From an uncultured Candidatus Binatia bacterium (GTDB taxonomy: Bacteria; Desulfobacterota; Binatia; UBA9968; JAJDTQ01), in contig OZ251459.1 of NCBI GenBank assembly GCA_965242525.1, positions 64,001 through 128,000 of the forward strand: a stretch of 64,000 nt of DNA. Direction: 5' to 3'. This document shows, piece after piece, positions 9,968-18,180 of the stretch. The position numbers and the translations under genes are program-made. The notes beneath the pieces were generated by a model. The model was not told where the DNA came from. It saw only the letters and a list, made by a program, of their open reading frames with translations, and did no database searches. The first letter of the stretch is position 1, and each line of letters begins with the position of its first letter.

Positions 9968-10005
9968 GGCTGAATTTTAGCCAGCTAGTGGTTGATTTGC
10001 AACCA
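9967..10005 (-). promoter_or_regulatory. Near-consensus sigma70 promoter (predicted leaderless mRNA) covered by two 17-bp palindromes
   Basis: Minus strand: TTGCAA (10002-9997), 17 bp, TAAAAT (9979-9974), 6 bp, ATG. Boxes TGGCTGAATTTTAGCCA (9967-9983) and TGGTTGATTTGCAACCA (9989-10005). Confidence 0.7.
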
Positions 10006-10084
10006 ACGACGTCTTCACACACGAGAGGATCCGTCCCCGGGACAGATGTTGTGACGCTTGGGCTGGCTGCCTGTGCTGCAAGGT

Positions 10085-10114
10085 TTGCCACAAGACTTTT
10101 CAGTTTGGTATAAA
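10085..10114 (+). promoter_or_regulatory. Sigma70-like promoter of the XRE-ImmA/PIN pair
   Basis: TTGCCA (10085-10090), 18 bp, TATAAA (10109-10114) with an extended -10 TG, in an AT-rich intergenic patch. Confidence 0.6.
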
Positions 10115-10168
10115 ATGAAATCAAGACAAGTTTCGAGTTCGGTCATGTCAAGGATGGAGCAAGGGACG

Positions 10169-11302
10169 ATGGCGGATGAGACCTGCATTGCGGCGAACGT
10201 TGTCCGGCTGCGGCTGGACCGGGGGCTGACGCAGGGGGCTCTTGCGGAGCGGGCCGGGATTTCGCGGGTGGCGCTTGGCCAGATCGAGCGGGGAGCGGCC
10301 GTTCCGCGGGCGCGTACCCTCGCTGACTTGGCGAGAGCGCTGGCAGTCCCGGTGGGAGAGTTGGTCACCCCTGTCCGGCCTCTCGAAAGCGTCCGGTTTC
10401 GCGCCCGGACGCGGGTCCCGGGGCGGGAGCAGATCTTGGCAGTGGTCTCCAAGTGGCTGGGAGCCTATGTCGAGCTGGAAACCGACCTGAACGACCGCTC
10501 TCCGTTCCGCTTCGAGGCCGCTGCAACGGGCGGCGGAAGTCCCTCGGAAGTTGCGCGAGCCGCTCGTCGGGCGGTCGATCTCAGACCGGAGGAACCCGTG
10601 CGGGACATCTGTGGGTTACTGGAGGAAAACGGCGTGAAGCTCCTTCTCCTCGAGACCACTCGCGATTCCTTTTTCGGGCTGAGCGTGGGGAAGGGTGACG
10701 GTGGCCCCGCGGTGGTGGTCAACACTTGGAGTCGGATCTCGGTGGAGCGCTGGATCTTTACCGCCGCGCACGAACTCGGTCACTTGCTGTTGCATCCTTA
10801 CGAGTACCGACGAGACGCCACCGAGATGCGGGCGGAGCCGGAGCGGGGTGCCGACGCCTTCGCGGGTGAGTTCCTGATGCCGGAGACGGCGTTTGCGGAA
10901 GAGTGGGAGGCGACCCGTGGACGCTCCCTGCTGGCGCGTGTCCTCAAGGTCAAGCGGATCTTCCGGGTGAGCTACAAGACCGTGCTCCATCGGTTGGTGG
11001 AGTCGGGGCGGGAGACGTCCGCGGTCTGGCCTACGTTCCAGGGCCAGCACCGCAGCTACTTCGGCCAAACGCTTCGCAAGACCGACGAACCTGAAGCCAT
11101 CAGGAAGGGTGAGTTCGCGTGGAACTGGAGCCGCTCGGGAGAACCTGCCAGCCTCTCCGAGCACGACTTCGTCGAAGATCGGTTGTCACGGCTCGTGAGG
11201 CAGGCAGTCGAGAGTGAACGCATCTCGCTCGGACGCGCCGCCGAAATCCTGGGTCTCACGAGGGAGCGGATGAGAAAGCAGGCAGGTGAGTGGGCCAAGT
11301 AG
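10169..11302 (+). CDS. XRE helix-turn-helix fused to ImmA/IrrE metallopeptidase
   Basis: HTH RGLTQGALAERAGISRVALGQIERG; zinc motif FTAAHELGH; ADAFAGEFLMP; C-terminal ISLGRAAEILGL. Start chosen at ATG 10169. Confidence 0.9.
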   Translation: MADETCIAANVVRLRLDRGLTQGALAERAGISRVALGQIERGAAVPRARTLADLARALAVPVGELVTPVRPLESVRFRARTRVPGREQILAVVSKWLGAYVELETDLNDRSPFRFEAAATGGGSPSEVARAARRAVDLRPEEPVRDICGLLEENGVKLLLLETTRDSFFGLSVGKGDGGPAVVVNTWSRISVERWIFTAAHELGHLLLHPYEYRRDATEMRAEPERGADAFAGEFLMPETAFAEEWEATRGRSLLARVLKVKRIFRVSYKTVLHRLVESGRETSAVWPTFQGQHRSYFGQTLRKTDEPEAIRKGEFAWNWSRSGEPASLSEHDFVEDRLSRLVRQAVESERISLGRAAEILGLTRERMRKQAGEWAK

Positions 11303-11814
11303 GACCAGTGCAGGCCGGGGCCACGGTCTTGCTCGCCGATGCGGACGTGCTCATCGACTACCGGGACTCCGATCTGACCATGCTCAAGCTCGTGGCGCAG
11401 CATGTGGGGAGGGTAGCCGTCATACCGCCCGTGCTCGACGAGGTGCATGGCCTCACCGCGGGACGATGCGCGCGACTCGGCATCGAGGTCGTCGAAGTCG
11501 AGACGGAGCAGATGCTTCAGGCCGCGGAGGTCGGGTCGAGCGTCTCGTTCAACGACCGCCTTTGCATGGTGGTGTGCCGTGGGGAAGGTTGGACATGCGT
11601 CACCAACGACGGCGCCCTCCGACGGCTGTGCAAACGCCACGGTGTCAAGTCACGTTATGGCCTTGGCCTCATGGTGGATCTGGCCGCGGCTGGTGTTCTC
11701 ACGCGAGGCCAGGCAGTGGCGGTTGCCCGCAAGATTCAAGCCTCGAATCCACTGCACATCAATGAACGGGTGATGAAGCGTTTCCTGAACGCTCTGGCCA
11801 AAATCAGCCGATGA
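11290..11814 (+). CDS. PIN-fold ribonuclease (putative toxin partner of the XRE-ImmA protein)
   Basis: LLADADVLID...VLDEV...SFNDRLC...VTNDGALRR acidic pattern; overlaps the 3' end of the ImmA gene. Confidence 0.75.
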   Translation: MGQVGPVQAGATVLLADADVLIDYRDSDLTMLKLVAQHVGRVAVIPPVLDEVHGLTAGRCARLGIEVVEVETEQMLQAAEVGSSVSFNDRLCMVVCRGEGWTCVTNDGALRRLCKRHGVKSRYGLGLMVDLAAAGVLTRGQAVAVARKIQASNPLHINERVMKRFLNALAKISR

Positions 11815-11895
11815 TCCGCGGACTTCCGGGTAAACGCCGTCGTTGGCTCTCTGGCAAGAGGGCTGCGTAGAGCGGCGTCCCTGTTTCGGGCGGCG

Positions 11896-14800
11896 CTACT
11901 CGAACAGTTTCTTCTGTCCGCTTTTCGCGGACGGTTTCGAGTCGTAATCCGGTTCGGGTTCGGCGGCCTTTGGCAGGGGCTCGGTTCCCGGGGCCGGGGC
12001 GTCGCGGCCGCTTCGGCTCCGGTACTCGGCGTCGTCCATGAGCTTGCGGGCGTAGAGGGTGTCCAGGAGCAGGAGGTGGGTCGTCTCGTTGAGATGGCCG
12101 CGGGTGCGGAGGTCGTCCACCATGGTCCAGTAGGGCGCTTCGTACAGGACCTTCCCGACGCGGACTCCGACCAGGAGCGCCACGTAGCCGTGTTCGCCGA
12201 CCAGTTCGCGGACGAAGTCGTCGGTGAGAAGGTCGAGGCAGTCCTCTCCGTCGGTGACGCGCCGCTGTGCCAGATCGACGAGGAGTTGGGCGTAGCCGTG
12301 GACGCCGAGGAGGTTGCGGGCGTGCAGGTGGCATTCCCGCCAGGATTCCTCCGCGCCCTGGGCAAGCTGCCAGTCGTGGAAACGGGAGCCGAGCTGGCTG
12401 GCCACGGGCTGCGGATGCCTGGCGCGCTCGTCGTGCCCGAGGCCGTAGTCGGCGAGGCGGAGGGTTTCCGGGAGCATCCAGCCTTCGCCGTGGTTCTGGG
12501 AGAGGAAGGCGTCGATGCCGCGCTCGCGGTCGCCGCCCGCGGCTTCGACCTTCGCTTGGAGGTCATGGAAGGCGACGAGGGTCAGGACGGTGTGGCGGAG
12601 TTCGGGGTCCTTGTCCTTGTCAACGCGCCAGAATCCCTTGGGATCCAGTTTCCCGGAATGGAATGCACCAGCAATTTCCGATTGTGGGAGGTCGCAGTGC
12701 CGCAGGATGTGGCGCAAGTCTTCCTCAACGAGGCCGAACGCTGTCGAAACCAGCAGGTCCAGGATGATGTTCATCCTCAAGCGTTCACGACCTGTCAAGG
12801 CTGGTCTCATTCGCTCGGTATAGGAAGTGGAAGATGACGACTCGGTTCCTCGCAGGACCGTGGATAGGGGCTGGATATGACGCATTTCGGCAACGCTGCA
12901 TACCGGCAGGGGAGTTTCTTCGATGATGAACCAACTCGTATGCAGCCCCGAGAAACGCACGCGAAGAGAGAAGTCATAGACGAAGGAGTTCAGGATAGTG
13001 CCAAGCGGAAGGCATTGGTCTGCGGAGCAGTTCAGAACTCCGATGGAGTGTCCGCAAGGCACACCGGCTAGTGGTGAAACGATCATCGTCCGAGTATTCG
13101 TCGATGACGTGATGTCCATGAGCGCGATCTTCGGTTTCCGCACCGCGTAGAGGTAGTCGGTACAGTGTGCTCGATCCATCAGGTACTGCGGCTCGATCTG
13201 CTTGCGCTCCCAGGGAATTTCCCGCCAAACGGAACCGCGGCCTTTGCCGCTGACCCAACCCTTCTGGCTGGAATCGAACTGGCCGATCATTCGGCCTTCG
13301 TAGAACGGCAACGCTACGTCCCTGACCCCTCCCTCTTCCCGGGCGTCGTTGCCATCCCCTGACAGAGTAGGTGCGGGCGGGACACCCACGGTCCAAGGGG
13401 GCGTTGCGTACTCGGAGGTAGTTGTAGGTGGGTCCCGGTCCTGAATCCATGCGTCCCCTTCCCGCGACAGCACCACCCCCGCTGGGATGCTTGCCCGTGG
13501 GATTGGCAGCCGGTCATACGGCGGCTGTGCGCAACGCAAGCGCCAGTCGGTACGGGCTGCGTCGCCGGGTTTCAGCAGGTGGCCATGCACGAAACGGGCT
13601 TCGGCTTCGCGGCGTTCCGGGTCGGCGGTGGTGTCGAACAGCCACTCCTCCAACTCGATTTCCGCCTGTTCCGGCTGGGAAGGATCGGCGCCGAGTTCCG
13701 CCCACAGCTCCCCGATCGGCCGCCAGTCGCCGAGCAGCCAGCGGCTGTACTCGTCGGGGCGGTAGCCCTTCGCCTCCCACTGCGGGCGGGGCGGGAAGAG
13801 GCGGGAGTCGCTGGTCATGTTGAAATCGCCTTGAGAATAACGAATGCCCCAGCCGTCCGGGCCATCGTCGCCGAGCAGCACAGCGTTGGCGTAGATCTTC
13901 TCCAGGATCTCCAGGTCGCGCTTCGACTGGATTTCGAAGATGGCGTGGCTCCTAGGGCTGAAGCGCTCGACCTGCGCCCGAGTGTAGGGGATGGTAAGGT
14001 GCTCGGCGCGCTCCCAATCGTCGAGGTTGCGGCGCATGAAGGCGGTGCGGATGGTCTCGGTGGCGGCGCCCTTCTCAACGATGATTGGGTTGAACTTGTA
14101 GCTCCTGTGGATCGGGAAGACCTTGTCGCGGTTCTCGATGCCGAACAGCCATTCCCATCGGCAGTGTCTGAGAAACAGTGTGCGCAGCGCGCCCGTGCCG
14201 AGGTCCGAGTAGAGGCCGGAGGGGACGACGAATCCGAGTCGACCGCCTATGCGAGACAAGGCATGTGCCTGTTCCAAGAACAGCTTGTATGTGTATGCCT
14301 TGCCTTTGCCTCGATGCACGAAAGGATGTGTTGTATCTGCAAAACTGAATGAACGAACTCTGGCCTGTCGCCACCGATCGTGAAATCTACTGTTCTCTCG
14401 GCTGTGAACTATAGTGTATAGTGCAACGTTCTGATTCTCGCCTGTTCCAAGGGGATCGCCGAACGGATTCGCAACATGTTTCATCCAGTTCGAATCATTC
14501 GCAAATCTACTATTGTAGTCGAGCCAACTGCATTCCACAGAGACTTCGTTAAAATAAGCTCTCTGTTTTTCTAACGCTTCCTGTTTTCCATAGGAGCGAT
14601 AGAGCGGATCGATATTTGAAAAGTATTCCTTGGAACTCGGTTGAAGTGTTTCCCACGGCGGATTGCCCAGCATCGCGTCGAAGCCCGATTCCGGCGCCCG
14701 GAACACGTCCGGGAACTCCAGCTCCCAATGGAAGAAGCGCATCTCCGCGGCGACCCGTCGGGCCACGTTCCGGGTCTCGTCCCGCGGTTGGGCGAAGGTC

Positions 14801-17553
14801 GTGGGGAGCGGGGCGCGGTCCAGTTCGTCCGCGGGCCAGAACCAGCAGGCGCACCACAGGTCCATGGCGTTCTTGAGCGAGCGCCAGGCCGTTGAACCCA
14901 GGAAGTCCCGCCGGTAGAGGTGCGCGCGCTCCCGGGCGTCCTGCACCGGCAGGGCGTGCATGTCCGCCAGCACGTTCAGCGCCTCGTCGTGGGCGCGTCC
15001 GGCTTCCGTCAGCAGGTCTTCCCGGAACAGGTCGGCGCCGGCCAGGAAGCGCTTCAGGTCCGGGGTCAGGGTGTCCTTCGTGAACTCCTTGAGGGCCTTG
15101 CCGCGGGCGTCTTTCCCGAAGTGCGTTCCGTTGCCGTGGTTCTTGTCGCCGCCTTCGCGGTTCTTCCACGCCATGACCGGGTAGTGGGCGAACTGGTCGA
15201 ACCACGCGCCGACGAGCGCGTTGCCGCACTTGACCTTGTGGTCCAGGAAACCGAACGGCAGGGTGCGGTCCATGGTCTCGATCCAGAGGGACAGGCGGCA
15301 GAGCTCCACCGCCAGCGGGTCGAGGTCCACCGCGTAAAGGCAGCGTTCCACCACGTGCCGGCGCAGCACCGCCTTGAGACGCGGCTCGAAGCGGTCGTCG
15401 TCGGGGCGGCAGGGGATCAACTCGTCGCTCAGGCCTTCGTCCTGTTCGTCCCGCTTGTCCCGAAGGCCCAGCAGGTGGACCAGGGCCCGGTCGCCGTCCG
15501 GTTCGATGCGTCCGTGGTGTTGCAGCGAGGCGTAGAGCGCGTCGGTGAGGAAACGCAGCGCGGCCAGCGGGAAGCTGCCGGAACCGCACGCCGGGTCGCA
15601 GACCTTCAGGTCGAGGATCCGCTCCGGGAGCTTCGGCGTCCAGTGCGCGGGCGGCGCGTTGGCGTCCGGCGTCCCGTCCTCGTCCACGGGCGGGTCGTAG
15701 GCCAGCGGGCGCAGCGTGCGCTGCACCGTCGGAACGGCCAGGCCGGGACGGGTGTAGAAGCTGCCCGAACCCTTGCGGGTGCCGCCCCATCGCACCAAGT
15801 ACCACTCGCCGGGCAGGACGACCCGGGACACGAGTTGCTTCGCCTTGGCGCCGAGTTGGGCGTCGAACGCGAGTCGGCGCGCCGAGGCGTCCCGGCCTCC
15901 GGCCTTGTGGGGTTTGACCAGGCCCGCTGCCTGCGCCGCCCGTCGCGCCCAGGTCTCCGCCCGGGTGCGGTTGCGTTGCCGCTCGTCGGAGCCGTCCGCG
16001 GTGTCTGCGGTCTCGTCCGGCTCGCCGTCGCGGCCCTCGGAAGATCCGTCGTCGTCTTCCGCCCGTTCCCCGACGGGAGCGTTGGCGGTCTCCGCTCCGT
16101 CGTCCGCCTCCACGCCTTCTTCCGCGGCTTCCGCTTTCGAGTCGCCTGCGAGGTTGGCGAACAGCGCCTTGAGGGCGGCGTCGTCCATGGCTTCCAGGCG
16201 CGAGAGGGGCAGCGCCGGCTGGTCGCCCACCGCCAGGAAGACCACCGGGTCGCCGGCCGGCGCGGTCTTCAACTCGTAGTCCAGCAGCCCTTCGTAGAGG
16301 ACGCCGATGTATTCGGACGAGAGATCGGAAAAGTCCACGGGAACGCGCGCCTGCTTGCTGCTCCGGCCCTGGCGAATGCGGACCGTGGTGCGGGTGAGCA
16401 GGCACAATATCCGGTAAACGTCCCGGTCCGGCATCGTGGTCTCGCGCTCGAAGCACGCGTTCTCGTAAACGGCCAGCGCTTGGGAGAGGCCGTCCGTTTC
16501 GCCCGCGGCCTCGCTCGGGGCGAACAGTTCGCCGCCGTAATCCTTCACCGGCAGGTCCGGGAAATGGGACCCCTGCCGCACGAGCCGGAACAGCGCCAGG
16601 ACCCGCGGCCAAGCGCCGTAGCTCTCGGCCAAGGCGCCGGGGTGGAGGGCGTCGCGTTCCAGCCGTTCGAGCAGGCCGTTCAGGCCGTAGCTTTCGTGGT
16701 AGAGGGCGTTGTCCCGGGGCAGCAGGTCGCGGGACTCCGCGAACAGGACCACCACCAGCCGCATGGCCACCCGGCAGGCTGCGCGGTAGATGTCCGCGGG
16801 AGCCGCCGCGGCGCACCGCTCCTTCAGCGCGTCGCCGTGGCCCGAGATCAGTACTTCCACCGCTTTGCGCACCCGCTCGCCAAGCACCTCGGACAGTTCC
16901 GCCTGTCCCTTGCGGGTGTCGCGGACGGCTTGCAGGAGCGGCGTCGGGGCGTCTTCGACCGCGGGAGTCCAGAGTTCCGGGCACAGCAGAGCGCGCAACG
17001 CCGTTACCTGCGGGGCGAGCTCGCCTTCCTCGAACCACAGGTCCAGGTCCCATTCGCACCACGCGTCGTAGTCCAGTCCGGCGAACAGCAGCCGCCACTG
17101 GCGTCCGTTGGTCACCAACGCGAGATGCTCGTTGCCGGCGCGGAGCCAGCCGAGCACCCGGCTGACCACGAGGCGGCTCCTGCCGATGCCCAGGCGTTTC
17201 TCGCCGTCCAGGAACACCGGCAGCCGCCCGCCGCGCCGGCCCTCCCACAGATGGCGGGGCTTGACCGTCTCTCCCGTAACGGCGCGTCGTCCCCACTCCG
17301 GCGCCACCCGGCTGCCGCGGGACCAGGCGCCGGTGGAGGCGTCCAGCCCGCAGACCCGTTCCAGCACGAAGGCGACGAACTCCGAGGCGTCGCCTTCGCC
17401 GTTCAGCAACGCTCCGGCGCGCTGGCGCAACTGGCCCTCGACATACTCGTGGAGCCGCGGGACGCCCCGGGAAAGCGCCTGCAACCGCGCGCTGTCCAGC
17501 AGCAGGCCCCCATGGCGCAGGTCTCCCCAGCAGTCGGTCAGGGTGTGGTCCAT
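11896..17553 (-). CDS. Large N6-adenine DNA methyltransferase (DrmMI / Type IIG Eco57I-like)
   Basis: IGVLYEGLL, RKGSGSFYT, motif I DPACGSGSF, FHWELEFPDVF, motif IV GFDAMLGNPPW, N-terminal VTNGRQWRL. Confidence 0.92.
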   Translation of the reverse strand: MDHTLTDCWGDLRHGGLLLDSARLQALSRGVPRLHEYVEGQLRQRAGALLNGEGDASEFVAFVLERVCGLDASTGAWSRGSRVAPEWGRRAVTGETVKPRHLWEGRRGGRLPVFLDGEKRLGIGRSRLVVSRVLGWLRAGNEHLALVTNGRQWRLLFAGLDYDAWCEWDLDLWFEEGELAPQVTALRALLCPELWTPAVEDAPTPLLQAVRDTRKGQAELSEVLGERVRKAVEVLISGHGDALKERCAAAAPADIYRAACRVAMRLVVVLFAESRDLLPRDNALYHESYGLNGLLERLERDALHPGALAESYGAWPRVLALFRLVRQGSHFPDLPVKDYGGELFAPSEAAGETDGLSQALAVYENACFERETTMPDRDVYRILCLLTRTTVRIRQGRSSKQARVPVDFSDLSSEYIGVLYEGLLDYELKTAPAGDPVVFLAVGDQPALPLSRLEAMDDAALKALFANLAGDSKAEAAEEGVEADDGAETANAPVGERAEDDDGSSEGRDGEPDETADTADGSDERQRNRTRAETWARRAAQAAGLVKPHKAGGRDASARRLAFDAQLGAKAKQLVSRVVLPGEWYLVRWGGTRKGSGSFYTRPGLAVPTVQRTLRPLAYDPPVDEDGTPDANAPPAHWTPKLPERILDLKVCDPACGSGSFPLAALRFLTDALYASLQHHGRIEPDGDRALVHLLGLRDKRDEQDEGLSDELIPCRPDDDRFEPRLKAVLRRHVVERCLYAVDLDPLAVELCRLSLWIETMDRTLPFGFLDHKVKCGNALVGAWFDQFAHYPVMAWKNREGGDKNHGNGTHFGKDARGKALKEFTKDTLTPDLKRFLAGADLFREDLLTEAGRAHDEALNVLADMHALPVQDARERAHLYRRDFLGSTAWRSLKNAMDLWCACWFWPADELDRAPLPTTFAQPRDETRNVARRVAAEMRFFHWELEFPDVFRAPESGFDAMLGNPPWETLQPSSKEYFSNIDPLYRSYGKQEALEKQRAYFNEVSVECSWLDYNSRFANDSNWMKHVANPFGDPLGTGENQNVALYTIVHSRENSRFHDRWRQARVRSFSFADTTHPFVHRGKGKAYTYKLFLEQAHALSRIGGRLGFVVPSGLYSDLGTGALRTLFLRHCRWEWLFGIENRDKVFPIHRSYKFNPIIVEKGAATETIRTAFMRRNLDDWERAEHLTIPYTRAQVERFSPRSHAIFEIQSKRDLEILEKIYANAVLLGDDGPDGWGIRYSQGDFNMTSDSRLFPPRPQWEAKGYRPDEYSRWLLGDWRPIGELWAELGADPSQPEQAEIELEEWLFDTTADPERREAEARFVHGHLLKPGDAARTDWRLRCAQPPYDRLPIPRASIPAGVVLSREGDAWIQDRDPPTTTSEYATPPWTVGVPPAPTLSGDGNDAREEGGVRDVALPFYEGRMIGQFDSSQKGWVSGKGRGSVWREIPWERKQIEPQYLMDRAHCTDYLYAVRKPKIALMDITSSTNTRTMIVSPLAGVPCGHSIGVLNCSADQCLPLGTILNSFVYDFSLRVRFSGLHTSWFIIEETPLPVCSVAEMRHIQPLSTVLRGTESSSSTSYTERMRPALTGRERLRMNIILDLLVSTAFGLVEEDLRHILRHCDLPQSEIAGAFHSGKLDPKGFWRVDKDKDPELRHTVLTLVAFHDLQAKVEAAGGDRERGIDAFLSQNHGEGWMLPETLRLADYGLGHDERARHPQPVASQLGSRFHDWQLAQGAEESWRECHLHARNLLGVHGYAQLLVDLAQRRVTDGEDCLDLLTDDFVRELVGEHGYVALLVGVRVGKVLYEAPYWTMVDDLRTRGHLNETTHLLLLDTLYARKLMDDAEYRSRSGRDAPAPGTEPLPKAAEPEPDYDSKPSAKSGQKKLFE

Positions 17554-17731
17554 GGCTCGTCAGCGTCTCTTCGACCAAGCGCGGGGTCCGGCCCGCTCAG
17601 AGCGGTTGTCCGGGGTCGGGATGAAGGCGTCGCCCTGTCGCACGGATATTGAAGTCATTCCGTTCAGCACGTAAAATCAGGATGGGCTTTTAGTCCGGCG
17701 GCAGAGGAAATTGGCTCTTCCGGCTTGCCCG

Positions 17732-18112
17732 TCACAGGACGCCACCCAGATCGAATGCGTCGATCTGCCGCATTATGCCGTCCATCGTATCGCGCCCTGT
17801 CACCCTCGAAACGGGCGCGTCAGGCCCTCGACGGGCGAAAATCACGTACTGGATCAAGCGGTCGTCGAGGAATTGAAGTCCGATGTGCGCGTCGTTCCCA
17901 TCGTTCCAGACAGCACGAAGATTTCCGTTTTCCAGCAGGACAAGGCGTCCGCGTCTCGTAAACGGGTTCTTCTTCAGAAAGTTCCAAAAGGCCGTCTCGG
18001 ATGCCTCACTGAGTGAGTACCCTTCGAGTTCGGCCTGCTCTTTCAGGACGTTGATCCGGCTTTCGTACAGGTTGTGACGCTCCCCTCCCACGCGAAGAAC
18101 TCCTATTCCCAT
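17732..18112 (-). CDS. Hypothetical protein (126 aa) between the helicase and methyltransferase genes
   Basis: Lower-GC, globular-looking frame from ATG 18112; the ORF track's longer N-terminus overlaps the SNF2 gene. Confidence 0.55.
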   Translation of the reverse strand: MGIGVLRVGGERHNLYESRINVLKEQAELEGYSLSEASETAFWNFLKKNPFTRRGRLVLLENGNLRAVWNDGNDAHIGLQFLDDRLIQYVIFARRGPDAPVSRVTGRDTMDGIMRQIDAFDLGGVL

Positions 18113-18180
18113 CCCGCCAAAGTCCCGACTTGACCTCAAGCAGCCGGACCGCCCCGTTGACTGTCCCGACGAGGCGCGGG

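Noticed and set aside
8683-9989. 9-bp inverted repeat ACTAGCTGG / CCAGCTAGT flanking the second AAA-DUF4143 gene as IS ends
   Set aside because: Too short, with no transposase and no evident target duplication; could be chance.
14549-17652. 1009-aa and 910-aa ORFs overlapping the methyltransferase
   Set aside because: Alternative-frame and antisense shadows with Arg/Gly/Pro-rich or motif-free sequence.
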